Source: Chloropicon primus
Taxonomy: Eukaryota
Length of the DNA stretch: 64,000 bases
Direction: 5' to 3'
Assembly: GCA_023205875.1 (NCBI GenBank)
Contig: CP060755.1
Location: forward strand, 62,001-126,000
The translations under genes and the position numbers were made by a program. This document shows, one piece after another, positions 20,601 through 30,538 of the stretch; position 1 is the first letter of the stretch; every line of letters starts with the position of its first letter. The notes under the pieces are model-generated. The model saw only the letters and a list, made by a program, of their open reading frames with translations. It was not told the DNA's origin and did not search any database.

Positions 20601-21304
20601 TGTGCATCAAGCCTTGCTCGGACGGGTGCAGCACGGGGGTTGCAAAGTTGAACAACGCGAACGACTTGCAGCTTTACTCTGCTGCTGTTACAGCGAACCA
20701 GGTCTTCATTCCGGAAAACGTCCTGAGTGAGCCTCACAGCCAGATTCCTTTGCCTGAAAACGCGTTTTGCCCCTTCATCGTCGAGCCCTTCGTGGAGACG
20801 GCCGACGTCCAAATCTGCAGGAAGGAAGCACACCAGCTGGAGGAGGGCGGCGAGTCGAGCAGCGAGGAGCTCAAGCTCAGCGGGGAATCCAGGTGGATTG
20901 AAGTGACTGTCGGGCTTGTGGGAAAGGAGGGCCAGATGAGGGCCCTGCTGCCATCGATCACAATCAGGGAGTATGGCAGCATCCTGACCTTGGAAGAGAA
21001 GTTCCAGGGAGGCACGGGGATCAATTTGACGCCTCCCCCCACCGAGGTGATCTCGGACGCCTGCATCAAGACGGCCCAGATGAGGTTGGAGCTCTTGGCT
21101 TCGTCTTTGGGGCTCTCAGGCTTTGCGAGAATTGACGCCTTCTTGCACGTCGACACTGCTGAGCTGATCGTCATCGAGGTGAACTCGATACCGGGGCTGA
21201 CGCCATCCACTGTCTTGTTCCAGCAAGCCATGGCGGAGGACCCTCCAATTTTCCCAGAGGCTTTCTTCCGCATGATTGTTGATACCGTCGCTTTGGACGC
21301 GTGA
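17633..21304 (+). CDS. DDL: Plant-type tandem D-alanine-D-alanine ligase with N-terminal Rho_N-like domains; possible extra first exon 17372-17506 spliced to 17684
   Basis: Two ATP-grasp Ddl units: CGGPTRERGISLNSA/HGEWGEDG/KPCLGGSSIGV/ARFDG/DLNMIPG and CGGETSERQVSLMSG/HGGVGENG/KPCSDGCSTGV/ARIDAF/EVNSIPG. Confidence 0.93.
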   Translation: MGLGRVSGGGCREVCAQASRHRGARRTTRVAPRRRSDKEDAFWGGLRQHRRAQSVVRVSARAVDGEDVDARRKHYSSQTLVALRKFAKDLGIKGSWKLNKGNLVEVLVEHEAQRGHLGAGGGEGGASGAGSSQDAEESLARLVPSTSSELATWSVEELRGLAGKVNDLRGEEAIKSHTKLRKAELIAELCAAREKATQTQFDDGQANPSGFLDSMFDASNLDPLADNELFSVDPDLYSYLKESSGGMGLEMLSEGQKGSLSGSGAQLDSRFGGSSGMTAGELLMNAMSGGVEGTKLDHMVVAVICGGPTRERGISLNSARSLLDHIKSDKADVLTYYMDTNTRTYQLSNAQLYSNTPSDFDFKLAKDGKVEPFETPEALVDHLKTCVDIVFPMIHGEWGEDGRLQELLEQEEIPFVGSSAATCKKAFDKFKATESINLSGYQTIPSLEINSDSLSGLPSRLQDWLALNKFGEEDVFVIKPCLGGSSIGVEVVRGYDEAILSLQQKLDRDGTRSYVMQPYVNGIEFTLNVVETSKGPIALMPTEIEIVPKEGSLKLFDFRSKYLPSLDVQMHTPPVSFSESIVGLIMRQAEDLFEKLELRDFARFDGWFMSEAEAGRVLKKPVPFVFSDLNMIPGIEQNSFLFRQAACVGLSHSSVLTNVIRNACLRQDMQFPEGRTTISVPSLAGSHAMQKSSKQKVFVLCGGETSERQVSLMSGLNTWLKLSKYADFEVTPFLLAAPMTSRESHAAKYNEMMQHRNQLLEYGCPEEMLPDNLQPQMVLMYKKGNQAGLPLQQWKVWRVPYPGMLFHTVEEVDKFCEDRNAEGATGATHGSLHPVDDDEMGVASYFEDEKSLEDTLHDRFEDAELVGLQRLDSKWKNSTKYNLASFIEEAKQENAVVFMAMHGGVGENGTIQQLFESAGVKFTGSSSSACNVCMDKMITADLISRLAAEGVKASPKKALYYNNLLANTGCGQCADESWAVLVDQLDSNSLCIKPCSDGCSTGVAKLNNANDLQLYSAAVTANQVFIPENVLSEPHSQIPLPENAFCPFIVEPFVETADVQICRKEAHQLEEGGESSSEELKLSGESRWIEVTVGLVGKEGQMRALLPSITIREYGSILTLEEKFQGGTGINLTPPPTEVISDACIKTAQMRLELLASSLGLSGFARIDAFLHVDTAELIVIEVNSIPGLTPSTVLFQQAMAEDPPIFPEAFFRMIVDTVALDA

Positions 21305-21414
21305 GGACCACCCAAAACAACTTGCTTTATGAACAATAAAATAATATAAAACAAGTTTTGAGTCATCATTTAGGTTCGTGGTTATACCGTATTGAGCCTC
21401 CTCTCCGCCCCCTC

Positions 21415-22944
21415 TCACTTGAGTGCGCCGTAAAGTTTTGCTAGCTTCACGATCCGATCCTTGAACCTGTCCTGTGTAGTCTCCATGGACTGCTCCCACA
21501 AGGTCTTCAGCTCCGAGCGGTGCCTCGATGGAATGGACAAGACGTTGATTTTGAATCTTGGGGTCTCCGCCATGTTCTCCAAGAACATGATGCCGTGGTC
21601 CACGCCGCCCGCGTCCTCGTGGTCCCCAGTCAAATTCGTCAGGACGCACCTGATGATCGAATGGAAGACGGGCCCCGTGAGCATGTCTTTCAGCAGGGTG
21701 GACAAGTTCTTCGGATCCAGCTTCCGAAGCAGCGCCCACTTCGCGTCCTCGTCGTCCTTGAGACTCTTCCAAGTGATCTCGAATTCGACGGCGTTCTGGG
21801 GCACCTTGGCCGGCGAGGCGGAGGGGGAGGGCACCTTCGGGCTCCCCACTTTGCTCGGGGAGACCACCTTTTTCTTTGGTCTCTCCTCCTCCCTGTTCTT
21901 GTCCTCGGCCTCCTCCACCTTCTCCGTCGCAAACGTGACAGACTTCTGAGCCTTCTTTTCCCTCGAGTCCGACGTCAACGGTATCCGGACCTTTGACTTG
22001 ACCTTGTCCAGGCCCTCCTTGGAGCAATAGGTCTGGACGAGCACCTCCCTTTCCTTTCTGAGCGCCGCGGACGCCGGGCTGATCCTGAGGGCGGCCTCGT
22101 AATCCATCACGGCGTCGAGATACGCCCCGAGCTCTTTCTGGGCGGTCCCCCGCCTCTGGAAGGCTTTGAGGTAGAGGGGGTCGATCTTGAGAGCCTCCGT
22201 GGAGTCTTCCGCCGCCCTCTCGTACTCCCCGAGCTTCAGGAGAGCCATCGCCCTGTTCGCGAAGGCGACCGCCGTGGGCTCTGCCTCTATGCTCCCCGTG
22301 TAGCACTCCACCGCCCTCTGGTACTGCTTCCCGGTGTAGTACTCGTTTCCCTTCGTCTTGTACTGCGCCGCGCTCAGGTCCGTGCTCACTTTTTGGATCG
22401 GAGCCCTCCTCTCGGCGACCTTCTTCTCCTCGGCGACTTCCGTGACCACGCCCACCTCCTCCTCCTCCTCCGTCTCGTAGCTCGAGGACTCGCTCGCTTC
22501 CCTCAGGGCCTCCTCCACGTCGAACTTGTCCCACTTGTCCCTGAAGTAGTCGTACGTGTGCCCCGCCGCGCTGGCCTTCTCCCTCGCCTCCTGGTCCCTC
22601 TCCCTCCCCGTCGTCTTCGTCTTCTTCTTCTTCCTCCTCCTCTTCTCCTGCTGCGCCTTGTTCCTCAGCGCCTCCGTGGGCTGGCTGTACTCCTTGCCGA
22701 GGCGCTGCACCGACCCCGCGACCCTCCCCCTGACGGGCGGCACGTACTCCTCCAGCTTCTTCTTCTCCTCGAGGTCTTCCTCGACGCCATCCTTCCTCTT
22801 CGCCTGCGTCGTCGTCGCCGCCGCCGCTGATTTGTCCCTCTTCCTCCTCGTCGAGTGCTTCTTCTTGCTCGACCAAGACTTCAAGTCCTTGATGAAGTCG
22901 TTCGCCTCGCTCACGTTCCGCTTGATCTGCCACTGCACGTCCAT
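21415..22944 (-). CDS. RPAP3: RNA polymerase II-associated protein 3 (TPR co-chaperone of R2TP)
   Basis: QWQIKRN..E..DFIKDLKSW; YDY...WDKFDVE; TPR KTKGNEYY..NRAMA; RPAP3_C-like PQNAVEFE..W. Confidence 0.88.
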   Translation of the reverse strand: MDVQWQIKRNVSEANDFIKDLKSWSSKKKHSTRRKRDKSAAAATTTQAKRKDGVEEDLEEKKKLEEYVPPVRGRVAGSVQRLGKEYSQPTEALRNKAQQEKRRRKKKKTKTTGRERDQEAREKASAAGHTYDYFRDKWDKFDVEEALREASESSSYETEEEEEVGVVTEVAEEKKVAERRAPIQKVSTDLSAAQYKTKGNEYYTGKQYQRAVECYTGSIEAEPTAVAFANRAMALLKLGEYERAAEDSTEALKIDPLYLKAFQRRGTAQKELGAYLDAVMDYEAALRISPASAALRKEREVLVQTYCSKEGLDKVKSKVRIPLTSDSREKKAQKSVTFATEKVEEAEDKNREEERPKKKVVSPSKVGSPKVPSPSASPAKVPQNAVEFEITWKSLKDDEDAKWALLRKLDPKNLSTLLKDMLTGPVFHSIIRCVLTNLTGDHEDAGGVDHGIMFLENMAETPRFKINVLSIPSRHRSELKTLWEQSMETTQDRFKDRIVKLAKLYGALK

Positions 22945-23320
22945 CCTCGTCCTCCTTTCCTCTGCCTGTCTGTTTGTTCGGTTTGGTTCGGTTCGATCTC
23001 TCAACAGTTTCCGTCAATCAAGGCGTAAAGGTGTCACGAACAAGAACAACAGCAACAGCAGCACTCCTGGGTCATCCTCCCCTTCCCCAGCACGCCTGGG
23101 TCCTGCTCCCGATCCCCGAGTCGTTCCGTTCCCGTCGTCCTCGTGTTCTTGTTCTTGGTAAAGAGTGGTGTAATACCCGAAGCCAAACCAAACGAAAGCG
23201 TGACCTCGTCCTCGTCGTCGTCGTCCTCGTCCTCGTCGTCGTCGTCGTCGTCGTCGTCCTTGTGTCCTGTTCTCCGCCAAGGTGCCGTGTTCTCCTCGTC
23301 CTCTCGTCGTCGTCGTCGTC

Positions 23321-23410
23321 TTTTTTAGGGTTTCGGGTTTTAGGGTTTATGTTGTTTCCATTTGGAAATGTTTGGGAGGGGTCCTCGTCGGTCGCGGAAA
23401 CCCTAGGTTT
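23321..23410. promoter_or_regulatory. Telo-box/telomere-like motifs in the RPAP3/COX5B divergent promoter
   Basis: TTTTAGGGTTT twice and AAACCCTAGGTTT. Confidence 0.45.
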
Positions 23411-23565
23411 GAACGGGTTCTCTACTCCAGCCGTCACAAGAGCGAACGCAAAGAAAGCAAGGAGCGGAAGCGGCGAAGAACGAACCAAGGAAGAGAAGAA
23501 CAGAGAACAGACGACTTGACTTGACTTGACTTTTTGTCGAGGAAGAGGAAGAGGAAGAGGGAGAG

Positions 23566-23873
23566 ATGGCGGCCAGGCAGTTGGGGAGTGCGCTCTTGAG
23601 GCGGATAGCCAGTTATGGACAGACCACCAGCGGGGGGTCCGCGGTCAGAACGTTCTCGGCCGGCTCCAGCAAAGGAAACGAATTGTTGGAGGGTATGGAG
23701 CACGCCACTGGGTTGGAGAAGGCGGAGAAGGACGGATTCTCCAAGGGGATTAACATCTTCACGGAGGGAGAGGCATGGTTGCAGGCGCCTTTCGGGACGC
23801 CGGAGAAGCCAGTCGTCGTGACGAGCGCCTTCACCGAGAGGATCGTGGGGGTCACCGACCCAGAGGATGACAG

Positions 23874-23907
<34 letters not shown>

Positions 23908-24175
23908 CGAGGACCCCACTCGCGCGGACCGGCCTCCGCCGCCATCACCGGAGGAGTCGGAGGCAAATGGATTCGATTCCTTCGTCGTACTGACCCGTTC
24001 TTTCGCCTCCACAATTTTCTTCTTTGCGATATACAGCATTGTCGTGTGGGACTTCATCAGGCAGGGTGAGCCACCAAAGCAAATTATTGAGAACGGCGAG
24101 TACTTCGTCTTGAAGCAGGTCGACAACCACGACGACCACTTCAAGCCACACACCTGGACTGGGCTGGATTCCTGA
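23566..24175 (+). CDS. COX5B: Cytochrome c oxidase subunit 5b, mitochondrial; intron 23874-24036
   Basis: Mitochondrial presequence; EHATGLEKAE, PFGTPEKPVVVTSAFTERIVG; spliced IVVW...EYFVL. Confidence 0.88.
23877..23904. repeat. (TG)n microsatellite in the COX5B intron
   Basis: Seen directly. Confidence 0.9.
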
Positions 24176-24425
24176 GGAGGCCGGTGAAGGAGGCCGAGAA
24201 TAGTTTTGAAGCGGTTTCTCAATCATTTAACACACATCCTGCCTTTGGTTGTAACAAAACGAAAAAGCACAATTGAATTATAGACACGCGCGAGGCTCCA
24301 GCGTGGCTTGCTGGGACCTTGCTCCTCGGAAGCCGAGAGAGAGAGAGAGGGAGAAAAGAATGAATAAATGTGTTTTACAAACGAATGACACAAAAAAAAA
24401 ACTTCTGTGGGCTCCTCTCTCTGTC

Positions 24426-25622
24426 TCACGCGACTTCCACGTCGACAGGACCTTGCTGCTGCGCCTCTTCTGACGATGCGGGCGCCTCCGCTTGGGCTTG
24501 GTCCCTCAGGGCCTCCGGCTCGGCCTGGCCGTTCTTTCCCTTGCCCTGGTTGGACTCGGCACCGTCCCTTGGGTCCGGCCTGACCGGCGTCTTGGAGGGG
24601 GACACCCTGATGGGGAGAGAGCCGAGGAGGGCCCCCGAGCAGTTCAGCGCAGCAATAGCGCTCTCCGCCTTGAAGAACTCGATGAAAGCTATCCGGGTGG
24701 CGTGCTGGTAGTCCCCCAAGAGCCTCAGTTTGCTCACCCGGCCGCAAAGCGTCTCGAAGAAAGCCCTCACGTCGTTCCTGTCCACCTTCTTGTCGATGTT
24801 CGCGATGTAGACTGTGCGGCCGCACTGCTCCCTCTCCTCGTAGGACTGCGGCAAGTACTGCAGGTTCACCGGCACGATCGCGGTCCTGGAGGGGAGGACT
24901 CGAAGGGGGTAGAGGCCCAAAACGGTGCCGTTCTTCACCAGAGCGTTCTTCGCGCTCTCCTCGTCGTCGAACTCGATGAACGCGAACCTCATCACGCTGT
25001 TGGGGTCGCCGCAGACCCTGCAGTCCACGATCGGGCCGCTGTCAATGAATATGGAGGCGAGCTGAGCTTCCGTGACTTGCTGATCGACGTCGCAGATGTA
25101 GACCGTCCTCTTGATGCTGTCCTCGTCGGCTCTCTGGAAGTTGCCGCCGTTTCCGTTGCCTTGGTGGCTCCCCCCCTCCCTCTTGCCCCCCCTCTTCCTG
25201 CTGCCGTGCCCCTCGCGCTGGGACCTCCCTTTGCCCCTGGAAGCGGGCCCGCCCCGAGGTCTCTCGACGCCCTTGTAACTCCCGTTCCCGTTGCCGTTCA
25301 CCCGCCTCGATCCTCGGGGGTGGCGCTGGGACCCGTTCCTGTGGCTCCCGTTCCCGTGCCCGTTCGCGTGCCCGCCGTTGGGTCGCACGGGGACGAACTC
25401 CTTGGCCAAAGGATTCAAGCTCAGGCCGTCCACCCCACCTTCGACGACATTTTCGGTCGACCAGGGTGATCTGTTCGGCGCGCTCGCGGCCGTCGTGGTC
25501 GACTCGTTCGTGTGGGTCCTCTCCCCGTCCACCGCCTTCGTCTTCGTGGCCGCCTTCCCCGCCTCGTGACCCGTCCCGTCCTCCGCCTTGAGGACGCTCT
25601 TGAAGGACCTTCCAAGGCTCAT
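24426..25622 (-). CDS. PABP-interacting protein with PAM2 motif and two RRMs (plant CID8-13 family)
   Basis: PAM2 LNPLAKEFVP; RTVYICDVDQQVTE..DCRVCGDPNSVMRFAFIEF; second RRM ending PIRVSPSKTPVRP. Confidence 0.93.
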   Translation of the reverse strand: MSLGRSFKSVLKAEDGTGHEAGKAATKTKAVDGERTHTNESTTTAASAPNRSPWSTENVVEGGVDGLSLNPLAKEFVPVRPNGGHANGHGNGSHRNGSQRHPRGSRRVNGNGNGSYKGVERPRGGPASRGKGRSQREGHGSRKRGGKREGGSHQGNGNGGNFQRADEDSIKRTVYICDVDQQVTEAQLASIFIDSGPIVDCRVCGDPNSVMRFAFIEFDDEESAKNALVKNGTVLGLYPLRVLPSRTAIVPVNLQYLPQSYEEREQCGRTVYIANIDKKVDRNDVRAFFETLCGRVSKLRLLGDYQHATRIAFIEFFKAESAIAALNCSGALLGSLPIRVSPSKTPVRPDPRDGAESNQGKGKNGQAEPEALRDQAQAEAPASSEEAQQQGPVDVEVA

Positions 25623-26254
25623 GCTTCCCCCGCGACTAGGACGAGGACGACACGAGTCGTCGTAGCAGCAGAGTCCAGTCCAGTCGTTTCCCTCGGCCCC
25701 GGTCTCCCCTCTCCAGGACACGCAAACGCAAAACAAAGGACCACCAAAAACCACCCCTCCCGACGCGACCCACACACCACACCAACACGGCAGGGACAAC
25801 CTCCACTCCTCCTCCTCCTCGTCGTCGTCGTCGTCGTCGTCGTCCTCGTCGTCGAGTCGAGTCGAGTCGAGTGGAGTGGCTCTTGTCTCCCTCGTGCCCA
25901 GGCGTTTGTGGTTGCGTTGTCCCCGGAGATTCCGCTAGCGTCGTACACCGACCCAACGACCCACCCACACCGAGCACGTGCCTTTGCTTTGGCGTTGTCC
26001 CAGTCCCATTGTCCTTTGCTTTGCTGGACGTCGGTGCAGACACGGGGACGCTGGCGTCCTGTCCTGTCCCGACCCTTGGTCTTGATCGGCTCGCGGGGTT
26101 CACCATCCTCTGCTTGCGGCGTCAGCGAGGGAGGAAGCAGGAGCGAAGGTCGGGCTGGCGAGAGGGCGATCAATTTCAATCGTTGTGCGGTTGGGTTATG
26201 ACGGAGGTGCGGGAGCGAGGGGAGGGGTGACGTCGACCGTCGTCGTTGATCCAC

Positions 26255-28318
26255 ATGGAGCGTCGCCGGGGGAGGGCGAGGGCCCTCGGGCCTGAGCTTG
26301 TGCTGGCCCTCGTGGTGACAGCGGCCTCAATTTTGGCGGGGCTGCCGGGCGCCAGTGCCGGCTTTCTACCTTTCTCAGGCTGCCTGCCGTTCCAGGAGAA
26401 GGACGCTTACGGCAAGTGCGGGTGCAGGAGGGCGGTGTTCGACGCGAACGGCAGCGTCTTCCACCAGGGATTCTTCGCCCTCGACCAAGGGAGGCCCCTG
26501 CGAGGTGGCAGGACCGACTGCCACCCATGTCCCGAAGGCGCCACTTGCTTGGGGGGGAGCAAGAAGCCCGTCCCCGAGCCGGGGTACTGGACCAACCCTC
26601 GGTGTCCGATAGGCTTCAGCGCCTGCGAGGCGAACCTGGAGCTGGGCCACTCGTACACGTGCCTGGCTCCGAACCACACGAGGTCCGGCGCCAAGGAGTT
26701 TGGGGAGTGCAGGGAGGGCCACGAAGGCGTGCTGTGCCACAAGTGCTCCGACGGCTTTGGCAGGGACGTTCCGAGCTCCCCGTTCTGCTCCAGGTGCCGA
26801 GGCTTCGACGAGGAGGGCGGGAAGCGGAGGACCAGGTGGTGGCACCTTCTTTTCCTGGCGGCGGGGGTCGTCTTCGAGTCGGGGATGAGCCTTTCCTTGA
26901 TCTTCACGGGGCTCGAGGCGGACAAGAGGGCGAAGCCAGAGATGTCGCAGCTGCTCAAGGTTCTCGTGAGCTACTTGGGCATCGTCAAGCTCTTGCTCTC
27001 CGGGAACACTTTTGGCTGGCCAAGGGCACTGCAGCTCTTCATCAGTTCTCACAAGCCGCCGGACGAGTCGAGCCCCACCGCCGTCACTTCGTTCGACTGC
27101 TGGTTCTCCAACTCGAGCGAGTACAAGACGATCTACACTTACACCCTTCAGATCGCTCCAAAGTTCTGCAGCGTTCTCGCCTGCACTTTGTACATGTACG
27201 CCCACTCCTACAGGCTGACGAAGAAGTACGTCCAGGCGAAGAAAACGCAGAGATTCATGCAAAGCACCGATCCTTTCACCAACGTGTGGATGACCCCCGA
27301 GGAGGAGAACGTGGCGTTCCCCAAGCTGCTGCTTCTGATCGGCGATGAGGACGGCAGAAGCGACTCTGCCAAGGCCTTGGACAGCCTCAGTCCCACGAGA
27401 TCCGCGATCAATTTCACGCGGAACCTCCTCCCGAGGGTGGCGATCGTTTGCTCCACGAGCATGTGGCCCGACTTGCTCGCCTGGTCGCTCGGGTTCTTGG
27501 CATGCGGGTTCTACCCAAAAAGTTTCGTGACGGACTGCGACGAATCCTCTTACGACCAGGTCGTTGGCGAGAAGGTGCTTCTTTGGGAGTACGACAAGGA
27601 GATGACGTGCTTCTCCGGTCTGCACTCGAGGATGCTAGAGTACGTGGCCGTCCCGATCCTGGCGGTGGTGCTTTTCCCTATTTTCATTCTCAGGTTCTTG
27701 AAGAAGAACACCAGGAAGCTTTACGTGGACAACAAGTTCGACTACACGTACGGCTTCCTCTACAGGGACTACGAGAGGGCTTACTTTTACTGGGAGTTTG
27801 TCATCCAGGTCAGGACCTTTGCGATGACGGCCCTGATTGTGTATTTTTCCACGATAAGCCGGTCCGACCAAGACTTGCAGGGTCTGCTGCTCCTGGTCGT
27901 CATCTTCGCTTCGAGCGTGGTGCACACGCATTGCATGCCTTACGTGTCGGACATGGTGGACCGTGCCGAGCAGGTCGTTCTCGTGGACGCGGCGGTCATC
28001 ATCATCTCGTCCATGTTCTTCAAGCTGGACATGCACGACACGCATTACTGGGACCACTTCAGGGAGTTCTTGGGGCTCGGAATCGCTTTGCTTCACGTCG
28101 GAACCCTCCTTCTCATGGTCTACTTGATGGCAAAGGCCTTCTTGAAGACGTATGCCATCCACGCGGATTCGGATGGCGACAACATCGTGTCCGTCGAGGA
28201 AGCGGAGGCGTACTTCGGCACCTCGAAGCAATCCAAAGCCTTCATCGCGGTCCTCAAGGTGTTCAGGCTCGTGGAAGAGGTCACCGCTGCCACAGAGGGA
28301 CACAAAAAGGAGGATTAG
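26255..28318 (+). CDS. Membrane protein with signal peptide, Cys-rich ectodomain, about 7-8 TM helices and a C-terminal EF-hand-like loop
   Basis: [12 protein letters not shown]...[22 protein letters not shown]...Y.YWE motif; [12 protein letters not shown]. Confidence 0.8.
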   Translation: MERRRGRARALGPELVLALVVTAASILAGLPGASAGFLPFSGCLPFQEKDAYGKCGCRRAVFDANGSVFHQGFFALDQGRPLRGGRTDCHPCPEGATCLGGSKKPVPEPGYWTNPRCPIGFSACEANLELGHSYTCLAPNHTRSGAKEFGECREGHEGVLCHKCSDGFGRDVPSSPFCSRCRGFDEEGGKRRTRWWHLLFLAAGVVFESGMSLSLIFTGLEADKRAKPEMSQLLKVLVSYLGIVKLLLSGNTFGWPRALQLFISSHKPPDESSPTAVTSFDCWFSNSSEYKTIYTYTLQIAPKFCSVLACTLYMYAHSYRLTKKYVQAKKTQRFMQSTDPFTNVWMTPEEENVAFPKLLLLIGDEDGRSDSAKALDSLSPTRSAINFTRNLLPRVAIVCSTSMWPDLLAWSLGFLACGFYPKSFVTDCDESSYDQVVGEKVLLWEYDKEMTCFSGLHSRMLEYVAVPILAVVLFPIFILRFLKKNTRKLYVDNKFDYTYGFLYRDYERAYFYWEFVIQVRTFAMTALIVYFSTISRSDQDLQGLLLLVVIFASSVVHTHCMPYVSDMVDRAEQVVLVDAAVIIISSMFFKLDMHDTHYWDHFREFLGLGIALLHVGTLLLMVYLMAKAFLKTYAIHADSDGDNIVSVEEAEAYFGTSKQSKAFIAVLKVFRLVEEVTAATEGHKKED

Positions 28319-28472
28319 AGTTGTTCTCCTTAAGTCCCAACCCATGATGCGGAGGGTAGTTCTTCGAGTATGGGGTGTTGCGGCAATCGATTTCAATTTT
28401 TTTGTTGCTTCCAGCAGCTCCAGCCAGAAAAAACTCTCACGTGCGGGAGAGGAAAGGAGAGAGCGAAGGGGT

Positions 28473-29566
28473 ATGCAAGGGGTGAGGGCGAGAGCAGGTG
28501 CGACCGCGGTCGCGTGCGGCGCGGGAGCGAGGGCCTCCCGACCGGGTCGGCGCGCGGCAACGTCCTGCCGCGGGGCGGACAGACACCGGGACTACACTGA
28601 AGGAGTCAGGCCGCGGGAAAGAAGGAGTGGTTTGGTTCAGGCGAGCACGGAGATACCGAGCGTGAGCGCAAACGAGGGCGAGGGCGAGGGGCTGGAGGCG
28701 AGAGTCGCCTTCGTGGAGAGGAAGACCAAGGAGACCTCCGTCTTTGTGAAGTTAGACATCGATGGAACCGGAAAGTGCGACTGCGACTCGGGAGTCCCGT
28801 TCCTCGACCACATGCTGGACGTGAGTTTCGATGCCTCGAAGAGGCGGCGGGCGCCCTCAGAGGGCACGCCTCGCGCCCCCCATTATCCTGCGTCTGCTGA
28901 CCCGCTTGTGCTTTTTTCTCTTCGGGGCCGCGTCTTTGAATCCTGGCTGGGCCACGCACAGCAAATTGCGTCCCACGGTTTGTTCGACATCGAGGTGAAA
29001 GCCGAGGGCGACACGTGGATTGACGACCACCACACGACGGAGGACATAGCCCTGGCGTTCGGCCAATGCCTGTCGCGCGCCCTGGGGACGAGGGCGGGAA
29101 TTTATCGCTTTGGAGACTTTTGTGCGCCACTGGACGAGGCGCTGATCCACGTTGTCATGGTAAGCGAAAGAACAGAGAGGACAAGGGGAGCGACTCGAGC
29201 GCTTTTGCGCAGTAGGAGTCTGCTGCTGTGACGATTTGCTGACCTTGTGCCCTCGCCCTTCTTCCTCTTCGTTTCTCCTCGATGAAAAAGGACTTGTCGG
29301 GGAGGCCCAGCTGCGAGTGCGACTTGGAAATACCTTCGGAGAGGATCGGAACCTTCCAAACGGAGATGGTTCCTCACTTCTTCGAGTCTCTTTCCAACAC
29401 TTCTGGGATGACTTTGCACATCAGGCAGCTCAATGGGAAGAACTCTCACCACATTGTCGAGGCGACGTTCAAGGCCTTTGCCAGGGCTCTCAGGCAAGCT
29501 TGCTCCTACGACCCAAGGAGGAAAGGAATGGTTGCAAGCTCCAAGGGCGTTCTAACGCAGCAATAA
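28473..29566 (+). CDS. hisB: Imidazoleglycerol-phosphate dehydratase, plastid; introns 28821-28961 and 29160-29290
   Basis: [65 protein letters not shown]. Confidence 0.96.
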
Positions 29567-29929
29567 AGACCAAGTCAGTCCTTTGTTGAAATTTAGCCCT
29601 CGTGGTACAAAACGCGGTGTTTCGCCCGCTCTCCCACCACCTCTCTCTCTCCCCGGCTGCAACGAACGCAAGCTCGCACGCACGCGCGAGAGAGATGACT
29701 AAACCTTCAGGTTCGAAAGCTCGAGGGCGGCCATGCCTTCTTGTGCATAAAGATTTCGAAAAGGTTTATTGAAATCGTCAAAGTAATTTTAAAGATGCTA
29801 GACTGCCCAAAAGTATACCAAACCAAACCATTCTTTCGAGCGCTCTAGCAGTAACATGAGAGTTCTGTTTCTTGTTGTACATTGTGTCTTTTATGAGCGT
29901 GCGTCCGCAGCTCCGGCGCCTTTGCCTCT

Positions 29930-30538
29930 TCAGAAGCAGAAGCACCCCTTCTTCGTGGCAAGAGACCTCGTCTCCGTCTCAATGACTGACTCCTTGGCAA
30001 CCTCCTCGTTCAGAATAGAAGCGTTGTCGATGACGCGGCCTCCGTCCAAGGTGGTCATCTTCTTCAAGACCTCATCAGGACCCAAATGAACCTGCAAGAG
30101 GTCCTGGACTTTGTTCCTAAATGTATCGTAGTTGAGGGTGCTATCCTCAATTGGAAGCCACAGCTCCACCTTTCTCTTTATGAGTTCGGCGTGCTCTATT
30201 CTGATGTGCTTCTTTGCCTTCACCGTCTCGTCGGAGATGGCGACAAGAATCTCGGACTTCTTGACGCAAGAGTGGATGGTGTCCTTCAAGTCCAAGAGCT
30301 CTCCGTTCTTCCTCCTCAGCTCCTTGATGATGACTTCTCCGTCCGCGACCTCGGATATTTTCTTCTGGGCCTGGATTCTCAGGTCGGTCAGGCTGTTGAG
30401 GCCCTCCATTGGAATCATCAAGTCGTGCTCCTTGAGTGCAGCGTGCCTGATCCAGACGACCTCCTTCTTCCTGTCGCCCTGGGGCGGAGAGATGAAGCTC
30501 TCCGTCTTCTTAAGAACCACTCCTTCGTTTTCACTCAT
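29930..30538 (-). CDS. Uncharacterised protein with two beta-grasp (Par3/HAL-N-like) repeats and a C-terminal KKGCFCF motif
   Basis: 202-aa ORF with coding-like codons; internal duplication; basic residues followed by terminal cysteines. Confidence 0.7.
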   Translation of the reverse strand: MSENEGVVLKKTESFISPPQGDRKKEVVWIRHAALKEHDLMIPMEGLNSLTDLRIQAQKKISEVADGEVIIKELRRKNGELLDLKDTIHSCVKKSEILVAISDETVKAKKHIRIEHAELIKRKVELWLPIEDSTLNYDTFRNKVQDLLQVHLGPDEVLKKMTTLDGGRVIDNASILNEEVAKESVIETETRSLATKKGCFCF

